A stretch of DNA of 63,947 nt, filler included, from Chiloscyllium plagiosum (taxonomy: Eukaryota): assembly GCF_004010195.1 (NCBI RefSeq). It is 9 parts of 9 records of this genome, joined end to end, with 100 filler letters (N's around TTAATTAATTAA, not from the genome) between each part and the next. Parts side by side here need not be neighbours in the genome. Positions count along the whole stretch, not along the records: positions 1 to 20,264 come from NC_057733.1; 8 more parts are not named here. One strand, given 5' to 3'. Within the stretch, counting starts at the first letter, position 1. The number at the start of each line of letters is the position of its first letter. Both the position numbers and the translations under genes were made by a program. This document shows positions 1 through 12,500 of the stretch, piece after piece. The notes below the pieces were generated by a model. It was not told the origin of the DNA. It ran no database searches and saw only the letters and a program-made list of their open reading frames with translations.

Positions 1-300
1 TTGGCAATGAAAGATAATTTTAGCCATGTGGAAAGCTTCAATAGTATGATCTGTTTTCTTTGGAGCAGTGAAGGATGAGGAGAGATTCAATTGATCTGTA
101 CAAAGTTGTGGAGGGGGTGGGGGGAGTGGGGCAGGGTAAAGTGCATAGGAATGATCTATTTCACTTAGTAGTGATGCCAATAATTAGAGGCATAGGTCTC
201 ATGTAATTTACAAAAGATTATGGGGAGTTGATGAGAATTTATTTTATACTGGCAATGCTGGAGGTTTGCTGCCTGAAAAGATGATAGAGGCAGAAAGCGT
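1..300 (+). mobile_element. Degenerate CR1-type LINE 3' fragment
   Basis: Resembles the CR1 ORF2 3' end seen at 18400-18700; boundaries approximate. Confidence 0.5.
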
Positions 301-1899
301 CAATTTCCCCTCCTGTCCCATGTTGATTATCAATGTAAATAATTACCTTTCCCTTAGCTATTATTTATTTGAGTTTTAGTTCAGTCACTCACACTCTCTA
401 TGCTTTGCTACTCAACCATCATCAACACTCAAATTCTCAAATTACTTATCCTTAGCCCACTCCATGCTTTGTAATTGTCCCTCAGCTCCATCTCCCTTAT
501 TTGACCAAGAAGGGTAAATGCCATCAAGAGCCCCAAGTCTGTGTTTGATTTGTCACAAAGCTGGTTTCTTTTTTCTAAAAGCTGTTTCTTTTCTTGAGTA
601 TACTATGCCCTTGGATTTTGTCAGAGGGCTAATAAATAGCTCTCGGTTCCGATTAGTTTGGTTTGGTACAAAGATTAAAGTGTACTGAGAAGCCGTTTTG
701 TTTATATGTAAACAGATGAGACTTCAGGCCAAAGTGGTCATGTTTTAGAAGTGACCTGTATAATGAAATGAGAGTGGTCAGCTCTCTAGCTAAGCAGTTC
801 AGTTCAGTCCAGAACTAGGTGGGAGTTCAACAGTAAGCTGTGTAGAAACAAACTTTCTCTCTTTCTATCCTTCTAGCTTCAACCTGTAAGCATCTGTTCC
901 ATTTTTTAACTGTGTTTCAAGAGGGATTGCTTATTGGGACTGCTGTGTATATTCAGAACTTGGATAGACTGAGTTCTGTAGGGGTTCCTTATTCTGTTCT
1001 TTGTGTTTCATTGTGTAATTTTGTCAATAAATTTCTGTCTGTTTTAAAACCTAGTAGTCAATTTAGCTAGCTTACTCAGGGAAATTCTCACTTTTTGATT
1101 CATAGATTCATACAGAATGGAAACAGGCCCTTTGGTCCAACTCATCCATGCCAACACTAAACCCTTCCTATTCATATACCTATCCAGATGCCTTTTAACT
1201 GCTGCAATTGTCCCGGCCTCCTTTGGCAGCTCATTCCATACACATACTACCCTCTGCAATTGTGGCTGTCCATTATCAAAATCTGTAGCTCTATTTGCAT
1301 AGTCATCAAGAATAACTGAAAATCTGCACCAACATTGATACACAAAGAGATCCAGGCAACCAATTCACCTGTGAGATAATATTTCAGTCTGCGTGAATGA
1401 GGAGGCACAGTTAGCTACAAACAGTGGCTGCAAAGGTTAGGGCATTGCATTTGAGTTGAGTTGCACAATGTGCAATATAATGAGGGATGTGATTAATGGT
1501 TGCAGCTACTGGTCAGTGAGAAAACAGTAAAAAGGAAAAGGGATGTTAAAAACAAAAATAATTATTGACAGACTGTGCATAAAATCTGTAATTCTCTGCT
1601 CCTAGTTCTTATTTTACAGTGTATTCATTGCTCAAAGGATTGAGGACTCTATGTTGACAGAGACATTTTCATTGAGTTTCATGGATCTAATGGGTTTTCT
1701 CACACAATGGTCTTAAGCTCCTTTCATTAACTACTCACCACACCCCTATGGTGACCCTCTTATCTGATACTAGCCCAACTCTCCCATTTACTGGAGCTGG
1801 AAGTATTCACCACTGCTGGAATATCTTGAGTTCACTCACTGCTGCACACCCAGACAAGTTCTGTCGGTCTCGAGCAGCCCTGCACAGTTCCTGACATTG

Positions 1900-2118
1900 C
1901 AGACAGGGCAGCTAAGGGGTAAATGGTGGCCCTGCAATATGGACAGGGTGGATCACAGGAGTAAACTCCTCTTCCGACAGAACACATAGAGGGAGCCACA
2001 GAGCCAGGTGCTGCCAGCCTGCCCTGAGGTTTCCACCCAGGTCAGTGTGGTCTCAGCCATCTGCAGGAACACACAGAACTGTGGGCAGATGGCCAATGAG
2101 CTGTACTGTTCTGCCAGG
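1900..2118 (+). mobile_element. Harbinger-type Myb/SANT (trihelix) DNA-binding protein relic
   Basis: Translation EVSTQVSVVSAICRNTQNCGQMANEL fits the W.EVA..VS.VS...R...QC....NDL pattern, followed by a GTAAGT donor; in-frame stop upstream. Confidence 0.5.
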
Positions 2119-5042
2119 GTAAGTGCTACCATATCTCCTAGCTACCTCACACTCACTCTACCTCTGCCACTGCACACAGCTCCCAGCTATGCTTATGCTC
2201 TTTCACCTTCTCTGTTCCCTGCAACATTTTCCCTCACCTCACTCTCACCCACACAATTCCTCCACACCACTGACCCTGCATGACCCCTGTGCCTCTAACT
2301 CACTCACTCAGGATACCTCACTACCTTTACTTACCTGCACTAGCATCAACAGCTGTGCTCCTACTTTCACCTCACTCAATCCCTCCCTTTCTCTAATTCC
2401 AGGTGAACATATTTACATGACCATTTGCCTGAAGTACATGCATTTAATACATACAGTGCTAGCACATGGGAAAGATGCGAGACTGACATAGCAGCATGCC
2501 CACCTCTTGACTCATAACTGCTGGGAACCATGACAAACTGCCTGGCTTTGAATCCATGCTAAAGAGTAGGACATAGAGAAGTACTGCATGCCTGTTAGCT
2601 CTGGGGTAAATCACTAAAAGGCAAGGCAGAAGCTGACAGCATTCAGGCATGTACTGATTTAGTGAGTGCTTAAAGAGCAAGCGAGCAGCCCTGAGACGCA
2701 GCCTGATCCAATCTGTAAGCTGGGCAGCTGACCCACATTGCAATGAGAGTTGCTCATGTGCCCCTAAGTATAGCATGGCAGTGTATAAAGATATTGTACT
2801 TACCAAAACAAATTGCAAATTCATGGTCTGGGTTGCCTGCTCAAGAATGTTTTGAGTTGTCTGGTCTAGTCTATAACAGAATCATTTTATCCTTACCCAG
2901 TTACAAAACAGACTTCCCAAAATCTTGAAGAACATTCTTTGTCACTGTTAGTAACCGTGGCACGTTACTCTTCCGTTTCTGTCTATGGGATGATCCTGGC
3001 TTCTTTAAGCTCAGCCACTTTTATTAATAGCATCACAGAGATGATATAATTCAGAACAGCTTTTCTGCAGCTCTGAAGAAGGATCAGACCAGACTCAGAA
3101 CATTAACTCTGCTTTTCTCACCACAGGTATTGCCAGATCTGCTGAGTTTCTCCAACATTCTGTGTTTATTCTCCACAATCATCTCACGCAGTACAGTCCA
3201 GATCCTTCGCTGCATGATTTAATTCCTCATGTTGCCATTGCTTCTGTAGTCAATACCTTGAATCTGTATCCTCTGGGTCTCAATCCTCCCACCACTGGGA
3301 ACAGTTTCTTCCTGATCTGCTCTGTCCAGACTCTCATGGATTTGACCACTTCAATCAAATAACCCTCAGGCTTCTCTTCTCTAAAGAAAACACTTCCAAT
3401 CTCTCCAATCTATCAGTACAACTGAATTCCTTAACCCAAGAACCATTCTTGTGAATCTTCTCTTAACCCTTTCTAACGCCTTCATATATTTCCTAACATG
3501 TGGTGCCTACAACTGGACAATTTTTCAACTGAGGTTGAATCAGTGTCTTACATAGGTTTATCATACATTCCATACTTCTGTACTATACATTACTATTATA
3601 AAGGATAGAATTCAATATGCTATAAAGCTTTTTGAACTTGCACTGGCCCTTCAAGATGGGTCAGCAGCTTAGTGGTCATGTCACTGGACCAGTGATCTAT
3701 AGGCCCAGGCTAATACTTTGGTGCAATGAGTTCAAATCTTACCATGGTTGATTTTCTTATTATTCATTTGTGGGACTTGGGCATCACTTGCTGGCCAGCA
3801 TTGATAGCCCATCTGTATCTGCCTTTGAGAAGGTGGTGGTGAGCTGCCTTCTTGAATCACTACAGTCCACTTGTTTGGATTGATCCACAATTCTGGGAGG
3901 GAGGGAATTCCAGAAGTTTGACCTAACAACTGTGAAGGAACAGCAGTATACTCCTGTATTTTGGAGTCAAGGTGGTGAGTGGCTTGAAGGGGAACTTGCA
4001 GGTGATGGTGTTCCCAAGTACTCTCTGCCCTTGTCCTTCTAGATGGAAGTAGTCGTAGGTTTCAAAGGTGCTGTTTGATGAGTTTCTGCAGTGCATCTCG
4101 TAGATAGCACACACTGCTGCTACTGAGTGCCAGTATTGGAGGGATTGAATGTTTGTAGATGTGGTGCCAATCAAGCGGGTTGCTTTGTCCTGGATGGTGT
4201 CAAGGTTCTTGACTGTTGTTGGAGCTACATCCATCCAGGCAAGTGGGGAGTATTCCATCACACTTCTGATTTGTGCCTTGTAGATGGAGGATAGACTGTG
4301 GGGTGTCAGGACGCGAGTTACTTGCCCCAGGACCCCAAGTCTCTGACCTGCTCTTGCAGCTACTGTGTTTATGTGGTGAGTCCAGTTGAGTCTCTGGTCA
4401 ACGGTAACCACAAGGATATTGACAGTGGGGGATTCAGTGATGGTAATACTGTTGAATGTCAAGGGGCGGTGGTTAGAGTCTCTCTTATTGGTGATGATCA
4501 TTGTCTGGCATTTGTGTGGCGTGAACATTACTTCCCACTTGTCAGCCCAAGCCTGGATATTGTCCACATCTTGTTGCATTTCAGCACAAACAGCTTCAGT
4601 ATCTGAAGAGTCACGAATGGTGCTGAACACTGTGCAATTATCAGTGAACATCCCAAGTTCTGACCTTATGACAGAGGGAAAATCATTGTTGAAGCAGCTG
4701 AAGATTGTTGGGCCTAGGACACTACTCTGAGGGACTCCTGTAGAGATGTCCTGAAGCTGAGATGACTGACTCTCCACAACCACAACCATCTTCCCTTGAG
4801 CCAGGTATGACTCTAACTCGTAGAGTGTTTGCCCTCTGATACCCATTGATTCCAGTTTTGCCAGGGCTCTTTGATGCCATACACGGTCAAATGCGACCTT
4901 GATGTCAAGGGCTGTCACTCTCACCTTTGGAATTGAGCTCTTTTGTCCATGTTTGAACCAAGGCTGTAATCAGACCAGGAGCTGAGTGACCCTGGAGAAA
5001 CCCAAATTGGGCATCACTGAGCAGGTTATTGCTGAGCAGGTC

Positions 5043-5560
5043 TAGATTAGAGTGGTGCTGGAAAAGCACAGCAGGTCAGGCAGCATCCGAGGAGCAGGAA
5101 AATCAATGTTTCGGGCAAAACCCCTTCATCAGGAATAAAGGCAGGGTGCCTGCAGAGTGGATAGATAAATGGGAGGGGGTAGGGGTGGGGAGAAAGTAGC
5201 ATAGAGTACAATAGGTGAATGGGGCTGGGGATGGAGATGATAAGTAGAGACTCACTGAGATTCTTGTAGAGAGAGGAGGAAAACTTCTTCAAGGCAGGCA
5301 TCCTTGCAAGAGGATTCACAGTAGGGTTAAAATCAACGAGGTGAAAACAAGGACTGCAGCTGCTGGAAACCTCGCCTCCATCCCCTGCCCCATTCACCTA
5401 TTGTACTCTATGCTACTTTCTCCCCACCTCCACCCCCTCTCATTTATCTCTCCACTCTGCAGGCACCCTGCCTCTATTCCTGATGAAGGGTTTTTGCCCG
5501 AAACGTTGATTTTCCTGCTCCTCGGATGCTGCCTGACCTGCTGTGCTTTTCTAGCTACTA
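5043..5560. mobile_element. Penelope-like non-autonomous element with about 180-bp inverted arms, each carrying a hammerhead motif
   Basis: 5056-5237 is the reverse complement of about 5373-5555; flanked by gagcaggt/gagccggt, a possible target-site duplication in the host LINE. Confidence 0.7.
5476..5511 (+). ncRNA. Minimal type I hammerhead ribozyme motif
   Basis: CTGATGA-A-GGGT-TTTT-GCCC-GAAAC-GTT: CUGAUGA and GAAA cores around a stem II; inverted copy at about 5101-5136 on the minus strand. Confidence 0.6.
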
Positions 5561-7643
5561 CCGAGCCGGTGCTGTTTGATCACCCTGTTGATGACCCCTT
5601 CCGTCACTTTTCTGATCATTGAGCGTAGACTGACTGGACGGCAATTCAACGGCTTGGATTGGTGCTGTTTTTTTGTGTGCAAGACATATCTGGGTGATTT
5701 TCCACATTGTTGTGTACATGCCAGTGTTGTAACTGTACCAGGAGAGCTTGGCGAGAAGAGCAGCAAGTTCTGGAGCATACATCTTTTGTACTATTACCAG
5801 AATGTTATATCAGGGCCCATTGTTGTTGCAGCATCCAGTGCCTCCAGCCATTTCTTGATATCACATGGAGTGAATTGATTTGGCTGGAGACTGGTATCTG
5901 TAATGTTGGGGACTATTGGAGGAGCCCGAGATGAATCATCCACTTGGCACTTTTGCCTGAAGATTGTTGCGAATGCATCAGCCTTATCCTTTGCACTGAT
6001 GTGCTGGGCTCCTCCATCATTGAAAATGGGGATACTTGTGGAGTGTCCTCCTCCAGTGAGTTGTTTAATTGTTCACCACTGGATGTGGAAGGACTGCAGA
6101 GCTTAGATCTGATCTGTTGGTTGTGGGGTCACTTAGCTTTGTCTATCTCTGATGTTAGAATTTGAATAGAATAAATGTTCACAAAAGCTGGCTTAATGGT
6201 CTTTACTGGGGACTGTTGTAAAACGTATCTGAGTCATTAATGTATTTCAGGGTCAGAAATCTATCATTAGTCTGCAGAGGACTACAGACCTACAACAATA
6301 TGGTTGTTTCTTAATTGCTCTCTGGGCAACTAGGGGTGGACAATAAATGTGTGTTGAGACAGCAACATCCTCTCCCGTGAATGAATTCAAAATAAAAATC
6401 CATGCACAAGTATTTCCAGGTCCTTTGGATCCTGCATTCCCCATAGAATCGTATCTTTATTTTATATTGTTTCTCCTCATTCTTCCAGCCAAATTAAACA
6501 ACTTCACCCTCTTCTGCTCTAAATTTTAGTTGACTCTTATCTGCCTATTCCACTAATGTGTCTATGTGCTTGTGAATTTCTACATAATCCTACTCACTGT
6601 TTGCAAGTTTCTTATTGTTCACAAATTTTGAAGTTTGCCCAAGACCCGAAGAGCCATGTTTGTAACAGATAGCAGAAAGGGAAGGATCCTAACACCAACT
6701 TCCCTCAGATCAACAGCAACTGCTCATTGCTGTCACTTGACATTTCTTTTTTTAAGTTGATATTGAATTTGTGCCTTTTATTTCACAAGTCTACTTTGTT
6801 CACACGGTTGTTGCACAGCACTTTTCCAAATGTCTTTTGGAAGTTTTGTGCTTATCAGCAGCATTGCCTACTCTCTGTGTTGGATATGTTGTTATCCCTG
6901 GCCAGAGACTCAGGCTTTAAGCCCCGTACCGAAGAGGGATGGGAGAATTAAGGTCAGTGCCCCTTCAATCTCCAGCTTTAATTCCTTCAGTTCCTGAGTG
7001 CATATTGTCTATTCCTCATGTTTTGTCAACATGAATTTGCAACCGATCTTTCTCCTGCCTTCTTCTGGTCAATTTTAAACTCGTGTTTAAACTACCTTCT
7101 GAATAGCAATGACCTGGGGTAATATCTACTCCTTTGGTAAAAACAGATGCATTTAGTAGAACAGAAATAATTTACAGCTTCCAATTCTGGCGTTAGCTTG
7201 AGGTGAAATTTCCTGAACATAACAAAATAGTCAGCTTTTTTTTTCTTTAAGTAGCAATATCAAGAGAAAGAGAATAATAAATTAACTTCAGGGGAAAAGC
7301 TACAATTGCCGTTTAAAAATGTTTAACTAGTTCAGGGATGTTAGTGCACCTCTCTGGAGCAGGAGCGACAACAAATTCTAGATTGAGCTCTTCTCCCCTG
7401 CCTATGGATGAGCGTTATTTCATCTCACGGTTTGGAGAAATGGGGTTTATACTCCATCTAGCGTTCTGCAGGAAGGTTGACTCACCCTGAAATATTAAAA
7501 CATTACTGTCTTTGAAAGACTTGAAAACTACAGTGCATAATTTAATACAGGAGATTATCTTAGCACACACAGTGGAAGCAATGGTCTTTCCTGTTCCTTC
7601 TTTCCATCTCCATACAAGTTGCAGGCTGGTTTGGTGTTGCTGG

Positions 7644-7747
7644 GGGAAAGTCCGGTTCCCGCTGGTACACATTCCATTTGTTTATCTGATCGAAACTTGG
7701 CAAATGTCAACTCGCCTCTGGGATCCAGTCAGTTCGAAACAGAAAGT
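7644..7747 (+). promoter_or_regulatory. Putative promoter elements of the B7-family gene: NF-kB site and ISRE/IRF-E
   Basis: GGGAAAGTCC at 7644-7653 and GAAACAGAAAGT at 7736-7747 in a locally CpG-richer region; candidate non-coding exon 1 donor GTGAGG at 7955. Confidence 0.5.
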
Positions 7748-9565
7748 GTTTTCACGAGCCAAAGTAAAAGAGGGGACGGCATCTGTGTTCTTTCCCAATC
7801 TCAGACAGACATCAGGAGACTTCACACTTACACAAGACAACATGGAGGCCTGAACGTAGCCGTTTTTGCGCTGATTCCCCTGGATCAGACAGAATTTGCC
7901 ACGCGTCCCATTATAAATGGTGATTTTCCTTGGATCAGTTCGAACTTCGGTATGGTGAGGCTGGTTGGATCTCCACAGCAGCAAAGCTTGCAGTAAACGT
8001 ACAGTCTGATATTCAGAAACTATGGAGTTTTTTTTTGTTGATGTGAAGTTGTGTGAAGTGTGTGAAATGTGGATGTAATTGCAGAAACTGAGTAGAGATA
8101 GAAGGATTGGTTTAAAAGAAATAATTGAAACAAAACAGAAATAGAAACGGATTTCTTTTTGTAAAAATCCTAAATTCAATTGTCGCAATTCTTACGGAGT
8201 TTACGAAAAAAAAACGAATTTACGAAAAAAATCAAAACAATTCGGAATTTCACTGCAGATCTCTGTATGGGAAAATGGGCAGCTACAAACAATGGGAACG
8301 CCGCTACATGTAGTTTTTTGTCCTTTGGGTCCCTCCTAGTGAGGAATATGTAATCTGCAATGCGAATGATTGCTTCGTAGTGGTAAAAGTAATAGATTCC
8401 TGATGCATTTCATTCTCACCGTGAGCAGTGTGCACCAAATCTCCGAAACCAAACACACAGAAGGCGAGAGAAACTCAGCGGGTCTGGCGGTATCTGGAGA
8501 GAGAGAGAGAGAGAGACACGGAGTTAATCCTTCCAGTCTGCTACAATGCTCTCATAATTCCAGAAGCTGACTTTGTCCAGCAGGATTTGGTCATTTCTTG
8601 CAGACGTTTACAAAACCCAAACCTCTATCATTGGCACATATCACCCAGACACCGGAGATGTCCCGGGTGAAAAACTATTAAGATTAGGCAGCAATATAAC
8701 AACTTAGAAATATGGAAAGGTTGTTTAATTTAAGATTAAACTACAAATGCTTTAGGACGTCTCAACAAGTCCTTCCTGATTGCTCACGAATCTTTATTCT
8801 GTCAGTAGATGAACAGTAGAGAGCAGGGCAACTTCGAGTTTAATCCCCGATTTCACCAGAATTGCATTATCAGTTCAGTTGTGATGGATTCAGGGTTTTC
8901 ATTTATCTTTCACTGATACTACAGCAATAGCTGTGGGAATCACCAAATTTGGAGTCTACATGTCAGGGCTTGCACAATGATTGATGGTTATTTGGATTTG
9001 GACATCCCAGCACAGGATATGGAGGCAGGATATCCAATCCAGGATCAGACCATCCTCAGGTCCAGAATAGAACAACCCCAGGCTCTGAGTCACTGCTGCA
9101 GCCTTGTCAAGTCCCTTCCCAATCTAAGGCCAAATCTGTCAAACAGGGGCTGCTAAAGGAGTGGGAGTGGGTCCTGGAAACAAGACACACACTGTGGACT
9201 TAAAATGTCACTCAGCACATGTGGTGATCTGCAATCCAGTCAAACACAGCCCAGCCTGTCAAGATTGCAGCCTTGGTATTATTGCAGTGTCCTTTGCTAT
9301 ACTGTTTGCTTGGTCATAGATTCCAGAATCCTCGCTGTGAGAGTGGTTAGCCATCCACCACAAAACGTGTGTATGTTTCACACTAATATATAATAATTAA
9401 AAACATTCAAAACATATCTAGCAAAGAAAATATACCTGATGGATTTGTTGTTAGTGCTGCATATCATTGATGACAAAAGTCTGATGCATAAATAAAGTGA
9501 ATTCAGATTAGATTAGAATAATGTGTTTTCTGATTTATCTTTAAGTAGGTGAACTGAGTCTGGAA

Positions 9566-12500
9566 ATGGTTTCATACCATACAATAAGACTCCTTCCTGT
9601 CATGTTCTGCATCATCCCATCATTTGCAGATAGTAAGTACTAAGATGATTTTCAACATATAGCTCTATTGAACACTTATTCTCACTGTGAGTGAATCAAA
9701 ATTATTGTTTTTCAGGTTTCTTGAAATTAAGTTGTGAGTCTTCAGTGACGGGAACATTTAATGAAGACACTAAAATACAGTGCACAGCAACTTCAGAAAA
9801 GGAGTGGAAATTGATAGAGATTGGACTTTTTAAAATGGAAAAAAAAAGAAATGTAGCAGTTTTTAACTTCAAAGAAAGTGTCAATGAAGTACAAGGTCGG
9901 ATTAAATTACTTCATCCAGGATCTCAAAATATGTCACTGATGATCCAGAACACACAGGTGTCAGATAGTGGGAAATATCAATATTATTTGCAGACAACAA
10001 TTGGTCACAGAATTTCTCAATTTGAATTGAAGGTAAAAGGTAGGTGACTGTATTCTTTTCCCAATAGTTCTCATTATAGAAAGTTGGTTGCAAGTGTTTT
10101 GTAACAAGTTCCAGTTTTGATCTCATGTTAAAAGTGAATCAGGGCAGGAATAAATGACTTAGGCATTAAGCCTGCTCCACTATTCTGTACAATTGCGCTT
10201 GTTCCTGGGCTGCAGCTTCACTTCCCTGCTCGCTCCCCAAAAATCTGTCAGTCTTAAATGTATTCAACCATGAAGCAGCCACTACCCTTTGGGAAAGGGT
10301 TGAAGAAGCCTTACAAAGTTTACAACCCTGTGAATAAAGTAATTTCTCCTCGTGACAACCCTAAATTAGTTTCTCTGAGACTGTATCTCCGTGTTTTAGG
10401 TCCCCTGATTGGCAGAAACAATCTCTCTACAGTTATCTTGCGAAGTCCTTTCAGAATCTTCTATGTTTCAATGAGATCACCTCTCATTCTCCTAAACCCC
10501 GTTAATGTAATGTTAGCTCAATTCAGGCAATTTCCCATCATAGGACAGGAAGTGTATTTTACAGTGGGGCAGGAAATAAATGTTTGTGATGCCATAAAAG
10601 CAGGATACCTGTTGAATAAGATGAGTTTACTAAGGTACTGCATGAAAACCCATTAGGTCTCATGGTGAGAAACACTTCAAAAAGTTCAACATAGCCCAAA
10701 CCTAACCAAAAAAAATTTCAACAGGGTCACCTCTCACTTTTCTAAACAGCAATGGGCTTAGGTTTATCCAGTTTAAACTTGCTTCATAAAACAAGCCCTT
10801 CAACCCAGGAATGAATGATAATAACCCTTTCAACAACATCATTTTGCTGCTAAACTGTGCCTGAAAATGGCTGGCTAAACCAATGGAGAGAGTGGCGTAA
10901 TGGTCATGTTTATTGAACAAAGTTAAAAATCACACAACTCCAGGTTACAGTCTAACAGATTTGTTTGCATCCTATGATCCTGCCCCTGTAGCTACCTGAT
11001 GAAGGATCAGCGCTCCAAAAGCTAGTACTTCCAAATAAACCTGTTGGACTATAACCTGATGTTGTGTGATTTTTAACTTTGTCCATCCCAGTCCAACACT
11101 GGCTCCTCTACATCATGCTTATTGGGTGAGAATTCCAAGAAGCTCAGGCTAACCTCAGTAATTTCAGGTGAAGATCTCACTCTGGCAACTGGTAAAACTT
11201 AAATTCAGTTTCTAAATCTGAAGTATGAAGCAAATCTCATTCCACTAATAATAATGCAATCATCATTTTTAGCTCCATACCACATGACCATGGTCCCAAA
11301 AATGTTCTCATCAACGAGAAGAGGAAGTATTATTTGTGAAGCAACTGGATATCCACAGGCTGAGATGCACTGGTTCTTCAATGGAACAATGAACCTCACA
11401 TCCCAGGCTAATACTAATAGTGAAGAAACACCACAGGGACTGTACAAAATCACCAGTACTCTTCAACTGAAAGCAGAAACAGAAGTGTCAGAATGCGTTT
11501 ATACTTGTGCCATGTGGAATGTGGAAGACAGTCTATATGCGGACCAGGAAAAGGTTTCAAGTTAGTTCACCACATTTATTCTTGGAAGGAGATTAAAAAG
11601 TAGATGTTGAAAGAATTACTATGTTTCATTTATTCTCAAGAATCATATTTAATATACATGACTATTTTAAACTGAAAATTTTATGGGAACATTATTTTTA
11701 AATGATTGCAGTCATTGTCATCAGTGTTGTTTAAAGGTCAACTTTGCCATTGTTAATTAACAGAGTCATAATTGGGGGAGGTACGGTTGTTCACAGACCA
11801 ATCAGAATCTATGTGGCTGATCTGAGAATTAAGAGTGACCATTAGCTGTTCATGCTGCATCTCCAGGGCAATTATGACCCTACTAATCAGCACTGGCTTT
11901 TTATTCTATATAAAACATAGTCTCATTTTACAGGTCTTTTTATTGCACCTTAGTTCTAATGGGTACAAGATGAAAAGCTTCAACTTTTAGTCTCATTTTA
12001 GTAATTTTTAAGTTCTGAAGTATGGAGCATTTAATTAATTAGTTAATTCTTCCCCATGCTTTCTGTTGCAGTCTGTCGTGAAAACCTTCCCTTTGCTGAG
12101 ATTATTGGAGAGGAAAGGAAAAATGTAGTTGTCTTTGTGATTATGGCACTACTTTTTGTTGCATTCGTAATCGTTGCTGTTCTGCAATTTAAGAGAAGAT
12201 CATATCCAAGTAAGATGGTTTTGGATTCTGGCTCCTTTAAAAACTCATGATTATTACATAATGTATGACATAATCATTTTCTTTAAACACTTTTAATCAT
12301 CCCTTCTTTCAAATACGCTTATAATCAGGGAACCAATACACTTTGACCCCATTATGTACCAACTATTCATGTTTCAAGGCCTAAAAAAAAGTAATGGAAT
12401 CTCTAACATTCTAAATAGTTTTAAATTCTGTCCATCATTCTAATTCCCTTGCAAATACTAAATGATTTACATAAGCACTTGGCTGAATTACTGGAAAGCA

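Larger units (their letters stand above)
3740..6150 (-). mobile_element. Non-LTR retrotransposon (CR1/L2 clade) reverse transcriptase remnant, interrupted by an insertion at about 5043-5560
   Basis: ORF 3923-4924 has LDIKVAFDRVWH, GVPQSSVLGP and FTDN (degenerate YADD); upstream fragment NCRPVSL in ORF 5551-5778. Confidence 0.9.

Noticed and set aside
9274-9320. Hydrophobic stretch LGIIAVSFAILFAW as a signal-peptide exon
   Set aside because: No phase-compatible donor; 9566-9632 has an ATG, a perfect GTAAGT and the right phase
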